Shown one piece after another: positions 7,332 through 17,900 of a DNA stretch of 30,137 bases. Source of the stretch: a virus (taxonomy: Duplodnaviria > Caudoviricetes); IMG/VR virus record IMGVR_UViG_3300037470_000073, positions 1 through 30,137 of that record; one strand, written 5' to 3'. The translations under genes were made by a program, and so were the position numbers. Numbering within the stretch: position 1 is the first letter of the stretch; every line of letters starts with the position of its first letter. The notes below the pieces were generated by a model, which saw only the letters and a list, made by a program, of their open reading frames with translations, made no database searches and was not told where the DNA came from.

Positions 7332-9023
7332 ATGGCCGAGTACGAGAAGATCGACAAGACCTCCCGCAAATACTACGACCGCTTGGTGGCGGCGCTGAAG
7401 GACGAGCTTCAGTCGTATATCCCATGGTATCGGGAGCTAGCGGAATTCATTACCCCCCGTCGAGGTAGGTTCTTGATGACCGACATTCAGCGTCGGGGCA
7501 ACAAAAACTCCTACAAGTCCATCATCAATTCCATCGCTTCGCAGGCCCACAAGGTTTGCCGCGCGGGCATGCTCAACGGCGGGCTGCCGCGTAACCGGCC
7601 GTGGTTTAAGTTGCAGACGCCTGACCCGGATATGATGGAGTTCCAGCCTGTCAAAATATGGATCAACAAAGTCGAGTTTCTGATCCGTCGTGTCCTCGAT
7701 GATAGTAACTTCTACGCCCAAGCTTCGAACCTAATCGGCGAGCTTATCTCGTTCGGCACTGGGTTCATGTCGCATGTCGATGATTTCTATGACGTGGCCC
7801 GGTTTTATACCCACACGGCTGGCAGCTACATGATTTCGCAGAACGGCCGACAGGAGATCGATACGGTCGTGCGCGAGTACGAGCAAACCACCGAGGGCAT
7901 CATCTCAGAGTTTGGCATCGATAACGTATCCATGCCGGTGCGCAATGCTTACGATCAAGGAAACTACATGCAGTGGTTTCCAATCGTCCACATCATCCAT
8001 CCCAACCAGGACTACGAGCGAAGTAGCAAAAGCAATCGGAAGAAGGCGTTCCGTTCCTGCTATTATGAGGTTGGGCAGCCCGACAAGGGTAAGTTCCTGC
8101 GCGAGAGCGGTTTCGAATACTTCCCTGGGTATGTTCCGCGATGGGACACAACCGATGGCGACATTTACGGGTCAGACAGCCCGGCCATGACGGCGCTGGG
8201 CGACATCAAGGGCATCCAGATCAAGGAAAAGCGCGCTGCGCAGGGGCTCGACAAGTTGATCGCGCCGCCGCTGGGAGGTCCGCCCTCGGTAAAGGCTATT
8301 CCGGTTTCGGGGTTACCGGGCGGCATGAGTGCGTATGATGCGGGTCCCGGCAATCAGAAGATCGAGAGCCTGTACAATATCGATGGAACCGGCATCGCGG
8401 CTATGATGCAGAACATTGATCGTGACGAGCGGAGGATTAAGGATGCTTTCTTCAACGACCTTTTCAAAGCGATCACGGATATGGAGGGCATTCAGCCGCG
8501 TAATGAGTTGGACCTTACAAGCCGTAACCAGGAGCGGTTACTACAAATCGGACCAGTTATCCATCGCTTGGATGACGATTTCCTTGGCGGGGTTGTGAAG
8601 CGCATCTTCTTGCAGCTTCTGAAAGCTGGAGCGCTACCGCCGCCGCCGGAAGAATTGCAGGGGCAGACGCTGATGCTACGCTACGTCTCGCCGCTGGCTA
8701 TGGCCCAGGAAGCTATTAACACCGGCCCGACCACGCAGTTTCTGAGCTTCGTCGGCATGCTGGGTTCGGCTAGGCCGGATGCTTGGGACAAGGTGGACGT
8801 GGATGCAGCTATCGATGACCAGGGCAATGCGTTCGGCGTTAATCCGCGCATCATCCTGCCCAGCGAGATCGCTAACCAGATTAGGCAGGATCGCATTGCT
8901 CAGCAGCAACAGCAGGCGCAGCTTGCGGCTGGCGAACAGGTCGCTGGCATAGCGAAGGATGGGGCCTCGGCTGCCGCTTCGGTAGCCCAGGCAGAGGGAG
9001 GGTCTAATGGCGGAAGACGATGA
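7332..9023 (+). CDS. Portal (head-tail connector) protein, T7/BPP-1 type
   Basis: RPWFKL, FGTG, PRW....IYG.SP and YVSPLAMAQ motifs; size and position fit. The ATG is part of a palindrome copy. Confidence 0.93.
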   Translation: MAEYEKIDKTSRKYYDRLVAALKDELQSYIPWYRELAEFITPRRGRFLMTDIQRRGNKNSYKSIINSIASQAHKVCRAGMLNGGLPRNRPWFKLQTPDPDMMEFQPVKIWINKVEFLIRRVLDDSNFYAQASNLIGELISFGTGFMSHVDDFYDVARFYTHTAGSYMISQNGRQEIDTVVREYEQTTEGIISEFGIDNVSMPVRNAYDQGNYMQWFPIVHIIHPNQDYERSSKSNRKKAFRSCYYEVGQPDKGKFLRESGFEYFPGYVPRWDTTDGDIYGSDSPAMTALGDIKGIQIKEKRAAQGLDKLIAPPLGGPPSVKAIPVSGLPGGMSAYDAGPGNQKIESLYNIDGTGIAAMMQNIDRDERRIKDAFFNDLFKAITDMEGIQPRNELDLTSRNQERLLQIGPVIHRLDDDFLGGVVKRIFLQLLKAGALPPPPEELQGQTLMLRYVSPLAMAQEAINTGPTTQFLSFVGMLGSARPDAWDKVDVDAAIDDQGNAFGVNPRIILPSEIANQIRQDRIAQQQQQAQLAAGEQVAGIAKDGASAAASVAQAEGGSNGGRR

Positions 9024-9351
9024 AGGTCTAGTTAGCCCGGCTGAAGAAATCGATATATCTGACGAGCGGCAAGTCAGACGGCGCAAACTAACGCAGCGTC
9101 AGAAGGAAAAGAAGCAGGCGGAAGATTTTAAAGCCTTGCTCGCCTTGCCTATCGGACGGGATTTCGTGTGGCGCATGCTGTCCAATTGCCGCATCTACCA
9201 GCATGCCAATTACGGCGAGCAGGGCCAGCGAGACCTTGGACGGCGTGACGTGGGGCTTGAACTCCTAAAAGAAATTTTGGAGTTAGCGCCGGAACAGTAT
9301 ATAATTATGCAAAAGGAAGACCGCGAGCGGTCGGAAGGGAAACGACAATGA
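9007..9351 (+). CDS. Bbp19-like protein
   Basis: GRDFVWRML...GRRDVGLEL pattern; follows the portal. Confidence 0.75.
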   Translation: MAEDDEGLVSPAEEIDISDERQVRRRKLTQRQKEKKQAEDFKALLALPIGRDFVWRMLSNCRIYQHANYGEQGQRDLGRRDVGLELLKEILELAPEQYIIMQKEDRERSEGKRQ

Positions 9352-10040
9352 ATGACGGGGTTGTAAATTCGGGTGCGGTTGATCCGGCCGCGCAGGCGGC
9401 TGGCGGCGTACAAGAGACCGGCGATCAGGCATCACGTGATGCCCAGACTGCGGAAGCGGCTAAGGCAGCCGAGGCTGCCAAAGCGGCGGAAGGTAACCTG
9501 ACGCCCGAACAGAAAGCGGCGAAGGAAGCCGAAGATCGAGGTAAAGCTCTAGCCGAGGCCCGTAAGGCTAACGCGCCGGAGAAGTATGCGGATTTCAAGC
9601 GCAACGCTGAAGTTCAGGTAGACGCCGAAATGATGGCGGAAGTCGTGCCCGTGCTTCAGAAGTTGGGCCTAAACCAAGATGAAGTGCAGGGCGTGCTGGA
9701 TTTGCACGATAAGGCGATCCTGCGCAATAAGGCCGAAGCCGATAAGGCTTGGAGCACGCTGCAAACGCAGTGGAAGGAAGCGGCGGAGAAGGACGCGCGC
9801 TTTGGCGGAGAGAAATTTACGGAGAATAAAGCTGGTGCGCTTCACGCTTTGAAGCATATCGGCGGCCAGCCGTTGGTGGAAGCAATTGAAGCGGCGGGTT
9901 ATGTGGATCACCCCGAGATTATTCACCTGGGCCATGCCATCAGGAAATTGATCGGGGATGACACTCTCAACTTCGGTAAGGGTGGTGGGAGTGGGTCTGA
10001 CGCGTTGAGCAAGCTTTTCCCGTCGCACGACGCGAAGTAA
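9348..10040 (+). CDS. Capsid scaffolding/assembly protein
   Basis: Low-complexity N-terminus, APEKY, LGLNQD, W, DHPEII; directly upstream of the capsid gene. Confidence 0.82.
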   Translation: MNDGVVNSGAVDPAAQAAGGVQETGDQASRDAQTAEAAKAAEAAKAAEGNLTPEQKAAKEAEDRGKALAEARKANAPEKYADFKRNAEVQVDAEMMAEVVPVLQKLGLNQDEVQGVLDLHDKAILRNKAEADKAWSTLQTQWKEAAEKDARFGGEKFTENKAGALHALKHIGGQPLVEAIEAAGYVDHPEIIHLGHAIRKLIGDDTLNFGKGGGSGSDALSKLFPSHDAK

Positions 10041-10066
10041 AACAGGACATAAACAGGAGATAGCCA

Positions 10067-11077
10067 ATGTCCGTCTTGAGTACCCTCAATCCAACCCTCC
10101 TGGACTTGGCGAAGGCCAAGGACCCGGACGGTTCGATTGCGACCGTGGCGGAAATCCTCACCGCCCAGAACGAAATCCTCGCTGACATGAGTTGGCAGGA
10201 AGGTAACATGACCATGGGCAACCGTTCGACTATTCGAAGCGGCTTGCCGACTGCCACGTGGCGTAAGTTGTACGGCGGCGTGAAGTCCAACAAGGGCACG
10301 CTCGTCCAGGTGGACGATAGCTGCGGCATGTTGGAGGCGTGGGCTGAAGTGGACCGCGACCTCGCCAATATGTCCGGTGACGTGCGAGCGTTCCGCATGA
10401 TCGAAGATGCGGCGCACATCGAGGGCATGAACCAAGAGATGGCCGACACTCTGTTCTTCGGTAACGAAGCGGCCGAGCCTGAAGCCTTCACCGGCTTCGC
10501 GCCTCGGTTTAACTCGCTGTCTGCGGCCAACGGTCAGAACATCATCGTCGGCGGCAGCAGCGGCAGCGACAATACCAGCATCTGGCTTGTTGGTTGGTCT
10601 CCGCGCACTGTGTTCGGTATCGTGCCGAAGGGGTCCAAGGCTGGTCTTCAGCAGAAGGACTACGGCGAGGTTGTGAAGCAGGACGCCTCGGATGGTTCCA
10701 ACACCGGCAACCTCGTGGTCTATCAGACCCATTATAAGTGGGACGCGGGCTTCGTTGTGAAGGATTGGCGCTACGTCGTCCGTATCCCGAACATCGACAA
10801 GTCGGAACTGGCCAAAGATGCTTCGAGCGGCGCGGACCTCCCGGACTTGCTGTTCCAGGCGCTGCGGCGTCCCCCGTCGAACTACACCAGTACCACTCGT
10901 CCGGTTCTCTACATGAGCCGGAACACTCAGACCTTCTTGGAGCGTCAGCTTTCGGCGAAGGTCAAGGAGAGTACCCTCAAGGTCGAGCAGGTTGGTGGCG
11001 TTCGCACCGACACCTATCAGGGCATTCCGATCCGGCGCGTTGATGTGCTGGCTGCGGATGAAGCTCTGGTCAGCTAA
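10067..11077 (+). CDS. Major capsid protein (BPP-1 Bbp17-like)
   Basis: R.GLP..TWR.L..GV, F.G.APRF, SIWLVGW, DWRYVVRI.NID and GIPIRRVD motifs; RBS AGGAG. Confidence 0.93.
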   Translation: MSVLSTLNPTLLDLAKAKDPDGSIATVAEILTAQNEILADMSWQEGNMTMGNRSTIRSGLPTATWRKLYGGVKSNKGTLVQVDDSCGMLEAWAEVDRDLANMSGDVRAFRMIEDAAHIEGMNQEMADTLFFGNEAAEPEAFTGFAPRFNSLSAANGQNIIVGGSSGSDNTSIWLVGWSPRTVFGIVPKGSKAGLQQKDYGEVVKQDASDGSNTGNLVVYQTHYKWDAGFVVKDWRYVVRIPNIDKSELAKDASSGADLPDLLFQALRRPPSNYTSTTRPVLYMSRNTQTFLERQLSAKVKESTLKVEQVGGVRTDTYQGIPIRRVDVLAADEALVS

Positions 11078-11089
11078 GGAGGGCTGAAA

Positions 11090-11566
11090 ATGATTTTGGA
11101 TGAATTGACTGAGTTTGCTGATGCAGCGTCCGTAGCGGCCGCGGCCGGTACGGCACTTATCGGTGACGTGATTGATCTCGGTGCCGCGCATCGTGACATC
11201 GGTGTTGGCGAGCAGTTGTACCTCGTCATCACCACGGACACTGAGATTATCACTGGCGGCACCGCTGGCACTATCAAGTTCCAGCTTGCTTCCGATGCGC
11301 AGGCGGCCATCGCCACTGATGGCTCTGCGTCCATTCACTACGATACCGGCACTTTCGTCACCGACGATGCTGCGGCCAACTCGGCCCAACTGAACGCGGG
11401 TGGCGTCATCGCCGTGGTCGCGCTTCCCAGCGAAGGGCGGGTCTACGAACGCTATCTCGGCATTCTGTGCGTTGTCGCTACCACAGAAGTCACGGCCGGA
11501 GCGATCAACGCGTTCTTGACCAAGAACCCGTCGCAGTGGAAAGCCTACGACGACAACGTGAACTAA
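11090..11566 (+). CDS. Capsid cement protein (Bbp16-like)
   Basis: MILD..F..A, DVIDLG, IG.GEQLY, RYL, TAG.INAFL; follows the capsid gene. Confidence 0.8.
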   Translation: MILDELTEFADAASVAAAAGTALIGDVIDLGAAHRDIGVGEQLYLVITTDTEIITGGTAGTIKFQLASDAQAAIATDGSASIHYDTGTFVTDDAAANSAQLNAGGVIAVVALPSEGRVYERYLGILCVVATTEVTAGAINAFLTKNPSQWKAYDDNVN

Positions 11567-11572
11567 GGCGCA

Positions 11573-11602
11573 GGGCGGGGGCATCACGTGATGTCCTCGC
11601 CC
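11573..11602 (+). promoter_or_regulatory. GC-rich hairpin built around a palindrome copy, after the cement gene
   Basis: GGGCGGGGG-CATCACGTGATG-TCCTCGCCC with G:U pairs on the + strand; no U-tract. Confidence 0.55.
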
Positions 11603-11621
11603 GCCTAACCGGGAGACTGAA

Positions 11622-12122
11622 ATGCACGTAATTCTTAAGGCAAATTTTTTCGTCGCTAACCGTCGCTACCGCCCTGATCCGGCGGGCGGGACCATCGAAA
11701 TGGAGGACCGGCTGCGCCCGTTCCTGCCGAGCGATGCCGTAGTGGTCGAGCGCCCCAAGGCTGGCGGCCCGGGTTCGCGAGCGCCTATCGATAGCCAAGA
11801 GAAGCACTGGCGCAAGGCGGGCAAGGAGTATGATCCCCTCGAAGCGCTGGAAGCGTTGAAGAAGGCTTCCCCGAACGACGCGCTGAGTTTCGCCGTTAAG
11901 GCCGAAGCCCAGAAAGCGCTGGACGACGAAGCCAAGCGTATCGCGGCGCGCGAAGCCGAAATCGAAGCTGCGGAAGCGGCCGAGAAGCAGGCCGAGGACG
12001 CAGCCAAGGCTGCGGCTGACGCTGAGCAGGCGGAAGCAGATAAGGCCGCCGACCTAGCGGAAGCCGAGCGGCTGAAGTCACTGGAAGACAAGCGACCGGT
12101 CCGGGCTGGAAAGAAGCGGTAA
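11622..12122 (+). CDS. Hypothetical protein with an Ala/Glu/Lys-rich coiled-coil C-terminus
   Basis: RBS GGGAG; in operon. Confidence 0.8.
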   Translation: MHVILKANFFVANRRYRPDPAGGTIEMEDRLRPFLPSDAVVVERPKAGGPGSRAPIDSQEKHWRKAGKEYDPLEALEALKKASPNDALSFAVKAEAQKALDDEAKRIAAREAEIEAAEAAEKQAEDAAKAAADAEQAEADKAADLAEAERLKSLEDKRPVRAGKKR

Positions 12123-12125
12123 ACC

Positions 12126-12764
12126 ATGGCTATTGTAAGCGCATCTTTCGAGGCCGTGGGGGCGAGCGCCAGCCTGCGCTTGCAATCCCCGCAGGATTTT
12201 ACGTACTCGTTGTCGGGTACGTACGATGCTGTGATCTCTCTCCAGCGAGCTAAGACCCCGGCGGAGAACGCTTGGGAAACCATCGCCGGCCCATTCAGCG
12301 TTGCCGACGCAACCGTTACCGGACGCGTCAGCAATGAACAGCCCAATCAAAGCTACCGATGGGTTTGCGACGTTTACGAAAGCGGCGAAGCGGTTGTAGA
12401 AATGGCAACCCTGGAAAAGGTGCAGTGGGAGTATAAGGATCAGTTCGGCCGGGTGCGCGCCACTTTGACGGACGAACGCTTGTACCTCGCGGAAGCTCCG
12501 GCGGTCGGCAGCATCGTTCCTAGCGGCGTGCTGCGTGCCGGTTCGTACACCGCCCTCGCGGCCGACGAAACCGCCGGGGAAGTGGACATCGTTACGGGGC
12601 TATCGACCATCGTTAGCCTGTCTGTTTCGGTGTTGCGCGCTGGTGTTGTTGTAACCTCCGACGCAGCAGTGTCGGCTAGCGGCGGAACCATTACAGTGGC
12701 CGATGGTGCGACCTTCGATTTAGCCGAAGATGATGTGATACACTGGATCGCGGTAGGAGCGTAA
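12126..12764 (+). CDS. Putative virion decoration protein (beta-rich)
   Basis: Tight operon spacing; Val/Thr/Ser-rich; ends VIHWIAVGA. Confidence 0.7.
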   Translation: MAIVSASFEAVGASASLRLQSPQDFTYSLSGTYDAVISLQRAKTPAENAWETIAGPFSVADATVTGRVSNEQPNQSYRWVCDVYESGEAVVEMATLEKVQWEYKDQFGRVRATLTDERLYLAEAPAVGSIVPSGVLRAGSYTALAADETAGEVDIVTGLSTIVSLSVSVLRAGVVVTSDAAVSASGGTITVADGATFDLAEDDVIHWIAVGA

Positions 12765-12765
12765 C

Positions 12766-13116
12766 ATGGCAGCATTCGTTCGCACAGAACATCCGGGCGG
12801 CACCTATCTGTACACGTGGACGCTGACCACGGCGGATCACACTGGCGATCCCGTACAGCACCCTGGGGGAGCCGACAAGACGGTGCAGTTTACCACTGAT
12901 GCAGCGGGTAGCGCAACTATCATTATGGAGGGTGCGCTACATAGCGGCGAATACATTGGGCTGGTGGACCCGCAGGGTAACGCCATCTCAGCTACTGCTA
13001 CTGGCAAGTTGGAGGCCGTGTTGGAAAACACTCTCCTAATTCGCCCCCGGCTTAGCGTGCCAGGAACGGCAGCGGAATGGACCGCCTATCTCTTTGTCAG
13101 GAGCACGATGCGATGA
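12766..13116 (+). CDS. Hypothetical beta-rich virion protein
   Basis: RBS AGGAG; W.L....G.P and IRP pattern. Confidence 0.75.
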   Translation: MAAFVRTEHPGGTYLYTWTLTTADHTGDPVQHPGGADKTVQFTTDAAGSATIIMEGALHSGEYIGLVDPQGNAISATATGKLEAVLENTLLIRPRLSVPGTAAEWTAYLFVRSTMR

Positions 13117-13595
13117 ACGCGCGCCAAGTGTCTGACGCGGTGAAGAACCTCGCGAAGCAGTACAAGTCGGTCCTTGACCTGGGCGAGTACGTGGCCGGGA
13201 TCGCGGACCTGGAGGCGTACAAGCTGGAGCTTGAGAAGCAGCGCGACAAGTCGTTGAAGGAAGCGCAGGACGCGAAGGAAAGCGCCACCGCTCTTACGGC
13301 GTTTGCCGAGGAGGAGAGTAAGCGGTTGGTTCAAGCTCGCGAGGAGCGCAATGCTATCTTAGCTGGGGCTAAGTCAGCGGCTGCTAAGGTGGAGATTGAA
13401 GCAAAGGAACGAGCCGAGAAGGCTATTGAGGCAGCCGATGCGGAAGTCAACCGCGTTCGCCTGATCCTGGAGAGCGAGGTCAAGGCGCACGATGAGTTCA
13501 TGAATGCGGCTAAGGCAGAGGAAGCGGAAGCATCCGCGAGGGTAGAGGCGCTGAAAGATGAGTTCGCCAAGCTGAAAGCTAAGCTTGAGGGGTAG
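13113..13595 (+). CDS. Coiled-coil protein
   Basis: ATGA overlap with the previous stop, RBS AGGAG; heptad-rich. Confidence 0.8.
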   Translation: MNARQVSDAVKNLAKQYKSVLDLGEYVAGIADLEAYKLELEKQRDKSLKEAQDAKESATALTAFAEEESKRLVQAREERNAILAGAKSAAAKVEIEAKERAEKAIEAADAEVNRVRLILESEVKAHDEFMNAAKAEEAEASARVEALKDEFAKLKAKLEG

Positions 13596-13600
13596 TTTTT

Positions 13601-14368
13601 ATGCCGACCACCATAGTTTTGGCGGCTGGGTCTAGCTGGGAAGTACCCGGCGATTTCAACCCGGCTGACAACACTATCACGGTTATCGGCGGCGGCGGCC
13701 CCGGGCGCAGCAATGCGGTAGGCACTAGTACGCAAGGTCGCGGCGGCTCGGGCGGCGGGGGTGCGGGCGAGAAGCGTGTCTTGACTAACTGGGACCCGCT
13801 TGGCGCAACCTCAATTCCTTACTCTATAGCCCCCGCTTCAGTCGCAACCGAGCTTACTGGTGGGGATACCAACTGGAACTCCGGAGAGGCTATTGCCAAG
13901 GGTGGCAGCCGAGGCGGCCTCGGCAGCAATCCGAGCGGCGGCGTCGGCGGCCCCGGCGGCTCGGGCGGGACTGGCGGAACTGGAACTAACGGTAGCGCTG
14001 GCGGTGCCGGTACGGCTAGGAACAATACCACAAACGGACAGTTGAGTGGTAGTGGCGGCGGTGGCGGCGCAAGCCCAAATGCGGGCGGCGTCGGCGTTAC
14101 TACGGCAAGTGGCGGCGTGGGCGGAGATGGCACGTATCCTTACGGCGACGGTGGAACCGGCGGGTGGTATTCCGGGTCTACCCTTAATGCGTTTATCCAG
14201 GCAACGGGCGGCACAAACTACGGCGCTGGCGGCGGCGGCGGTGCAGGCCGGATGACTACTCAGAACCCGCAACCCGGCGGCAACGGCGCTCAGGGCGTAA
14301 TCATCATAGAATACGAACCCATAGGCGGCGATTGGTTAATTAGAGCCCGCAGGCGCGGGCGTAGGTAG
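13601..14368 (+). CDS. Glycine-rich domain virion protein
   Basis: W.VP....ITVIGGGG..GGGGAG..AKGG..GGGGG..GAQGVIIIEY architecture. Confidence 0.82.
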   Translation: MPTTIVLAAGSSWEVPGDFNPADNTITVIGGGGPGRSNAVGTSTQGRGGSGGGGAGEKRVLTNWDPLGATSIPYSIAPASVATELTGGDTNWNSGEAIAKGGSRGGLGSNPSGGVGGPGGSGGTGGTGTNGSAGGAGTARNNTTNGQLSGSGGGGGASPNAGGVGVTTASGGVGGDGTYPYGDGGTGGWYSGSTLNAFIQATGGTNYGAGGGGGAGRMTTQNPQPGGNGAQGVIIIEYEPIGGDWLIRARRRGRR

Positions 14369-14379
14369 GGCATCACGTG

Positions 14380-14979
14380 ATGGCTGAGAGCATCGTTTCC
14401 ATTTGCAATATGTCGTTCGACCACTTGGGGTCGGATATCATCGAGGCGCTATACCCGGTGGAGAAGACGCCAAACTCCAAGCGCGCCAAGCGTTGGTTCG
14501 ATATCTCGCGCCGCGCTGTCCTGGAAGGCTTTGACTGGAATTTTGCCCGCCGCCAGAAATTGTTGAACCTCTCGTCCGATGATGCTCCCGCCGACTGGCA
14601 GTACCGCTATGACTGGCCTGCTGATTGCGTAGCGCCTCGCCGCATCTGGAACCCACTGGGGGAAAACGCTCCCGCCATTCCGTATACCCAGCTTATGGGT
14701 TCGAACGGCGTCACGCGCACTATATTGACCAACATGCCAGAAGCAGAGCTAGTATATTCGTTCGACCAGACGGCGGTAGAGCTTTTCCCCGCCAGCTTCA
14801 CTACGTTGCTTAGTTATATGCTCGCGGCCAACATGGGATACGCCATCACGCGCAAGCAGGGGGTTCGCGACGAGATGCTGAAAGCGTACTGGAATTCGGC
14901 GCGGTTTATCCCGGGCACCGACGCTAATCAGCAGGTCCCGAAAAACGAGCGCGATGCGGACTGGATTACGGGCAGGTAA
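14380..14979 (+). CDS. Tail tubular protein A / adaptor
   Basis: V.ICN...LG, WNFARR, WQYRY.WP.DC, F...L...LA motifs. The ATG lies inside a palindrome copy. Confidence 0.85.
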   Translation: MAESIVSICNMSFDHLGSDIIEALYPVEKTPNSKRAKRWFDISRRAVLEGFDWNFARRQKLLNLSSDDAPADWQYRYDWPADCVAPRRIWNPLGENAPAIPYTQLMGSNGVTRTILTNMPEAELVYSFDQTAVELFPASFTTLLSYMLAANMGYAITRKQGVRDEMLKAYWNSARFIPGTDANQQVPKNERDADWITGR

Positions 14980-17900
14980 ATGGCACAAATTCTCAAGACC
15001 TCTTTCGCTAAAGGCATCGTAGGCCCGGCGGTATACGGGCGTACGGATTTGGACCTGTACAGCGCGGCGGTAAAGGACGCGCGCAATTGCGTGGTCCGCC
15101 CCCACGGCGGCATCAGCGCCCGCCAGGGCACTCGTTTCGTAGCCCCGGTCAAAGACCATGATTACGCGCCCAGACTGATCCCGTTTCAGTTCAAGACAAC
15201 CGACACTTATATAATCGAGTTCGGTGATGAGTACGTTCGCTTCATCCGTAATGGCGCTTCCGTCGCCGAAGATGCTTTTGCTATTTCAGATATCACCCAG
15301 GCATCCCCGGCGGTGGTAGAAGCCGTTGGGCATGATTTTGATAACGGCGATGAAGTGGCAATCGATGCAGCCGAGGGCATGACGCAAGTTAACAATCGGC
15401 GCTTCGTTGTGGCGAATGTTTCCGGCGATACGTTTGAGCTTACGGATCAAGTGACAGGCGCAGATATAGATAGCACTGCGTTTGATGCTTACGCTTCCGG
15501 GGGTACGGCTTCCCGCGTATACACGCTAGCTTCGCCGTATGCTATCGAGGACGTGTGGCGCATTAAGTACGTCCAGAACAAAGACGTTATAACGTTGGCC
15601 CACCCGGACTACCCGATATACGAATTGACCCGCACCGGCCACACTAGTTGGTCGTTCTCGATACCGACGTTTTCGCCAGGGCAGGCTGCGCCTACCAGTA
15701 TCGCCATTACTCCGAACACCACTGGCGCGGTAACCTACCAGTATCAGGTCACGGCGTTCGACAAGACAACCCTGGAGGAGAGCCTTCCTGGTTTGGATAC
15801 TGGCGGAGCTACAGTTATCACTGGGGCAACCCTCGCAAACCCGGTGGTGTTCTCGTCCGCCGCCCATGGCTTTAGCGTCGGCGATGAGGTTGCGCTAACC
15901 ATATCCGCTGGTCTGCTGGGGCTGAATGGCGTTCGCGGGCTTATCACCGCTACTACGACTGATACGTTTTCTCTGGCTATCGACACTACCGACTACGATA
16001 TAGCGGCTGGGCTCGTGGCCGCTTCTTACGACAACCCCGGCGGCCAGGGAGATCGCACTGCTTTCTTAGCTGTCACTAGCAGCATTACTCCGGCGGCGGG
16101 AACTTTGAGTAACCTAGTGGATGGTGGGACCGGCGCAAACTCGACGGATAGCATCGATTTACCCGGCACTGGCGCGACGGCGATCATAGCTGGCGATTAT
16201 TTTCGGTTCCAATTTTCTAGCCCGGATAGATACATCGACCAGATACAGATTTTGTCCTCTAGCATTCCGGCCCATGGCGTGTGGCAGATACAGGGCAGCG
16301 ATAACGGCAGCACCTGGACCAACTATACCGCAGGCGGGAACTTCACTTGGAACCAAGCTAGCCAGACGGTTAGTCTATCCGGCGTTCCCGCCACCGGGCA
16401 TGAATACTGGCGAATGGTTTACATCAGCGGCGGTGCTAACTGGGCTAACAATTGGTTCTCGGAAGTAACGTTCAGGATTTACGGAGTTGGCGATACCTAT
16501 GGCAGCGTGGCGCGCACGTTTAAGAAGATAACCAATGGTCACGCTACCGCGAACAATACCATCACGTGGGACGCCGTGGCTGACGCTGGCGGTTACAATG
16601 TCTATAAGCTTGATAACGGCGTGTACGGCTTTATTGGCACCACTTCAGCATTGACGTTTACTGACGACAACATTCAGGCTGACGCAACCGATACGCCGCC
16701 TCAAGCTAGAAACCCGTTCGAAAATGACAACAACCCCGGTGCTGTCGGGTACTTCGCGCAGCGCCGCGTCTTCGGCGGGACGAACGACAACCCTGAGACT
16801 AGCTATTATTCGCAGACTGGTAACCCCGCGAACATGAGCGTGTCGGCCCCGCGCAAGGATGACGACGCCATAACTGCATCTCTTGTTGCCCAATCTGTTA
16901 ACGACATACGCCACTACGTATCGATGAGTGATCTAATCATCTTTACCGGCGCAGCAGAGTGGCGCGTTAACTCCGGCCCGGACAGCAGTTTCTCGGCCGA
17001 GACCATAAAACAAAAACCCCAGACCAACTGGGGATCATCGCATCTTAGGCCGCTGCTGGTAGGGCCGGTGACGCTGTTCGTGGAGCCGAACGGCAGCCGA
17101 GTGCGCAGCTTGAATTACGACTTCCCGAATGACCTCTATAACAGCAATGAGATGAGCATCCTAGCCTATAACTTGCTGGAGAGCTACTATATTGTGGACT
17201 GGACTTTCGCTTACGCGCAGGATCAGCGAATGCACGCCGTGCGCAACGATGGTAAGATGGTCTGCATGACTTTCCAGCGAGACCAAGAAGTGGTGGGTTG
17301 GACCTACTGGGATACGCTAGGAAAGTTTGAGGCCGTTTCTGCGTTGCGTACCGTTACCAGCGGAACCGCTGATGAAATCTACATGGTAGCCAAGCGCGTG
17401 GTGGACGGCCAAACGGTACGGTACATAGAGGTCCAGCAAGGGCGAACCGTTACTGATGTGCGCGACGTGTTCCACGTGGACTGCGGGGCGAGCTACGATG
17501 ACCCGATGCCGATCACCAATCTGGTGCGCCAAGACCTTGGGATGGGAGTTATAAACTACCTGGTTTTCAGCGCAGGCCATGGTCTGTCTAACGGCGACAT
17601 AGTGGACATATCGGGCGTCGAGTGGGAGCCCGAGGTTGACGAGTACGGAACTGAAACTCAGCCCAACGTCATAAACGGACGGCGGTACGAGGTAGCAAAC
17701 GCCGCTACCGACACCTTCACTCTGACGGGCGGTAACAAGCCTGAGCTTGACGACCTGAGCGAAGACGAATTCCCGGTGTACGCCGACGCTGGATTTATCC
17801 GGCGCGCGGGTGCTTCTTTCTCGGGGTTCCAGCACCTGGAGGGGCGTACGGATGTGGTAGTTTTGGCAGACGGGGACGTGTTCGAAAACCTGACCGTGAC

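Noticed and set aside
9923-11587. 554-aa antisense ORF and other long antisense ORFs (4742..5485, 22414..23157, 23435..24163)
   Set aside because: Shadow frames of GC-rich, codon-biased genes on the opposite strand; no motifs or RBS.
16560-16571. Partial palindrome match CATCACGTGGGA
   Set aside because: Only 9/12 match and it lacks the G at position -2; likely chance.
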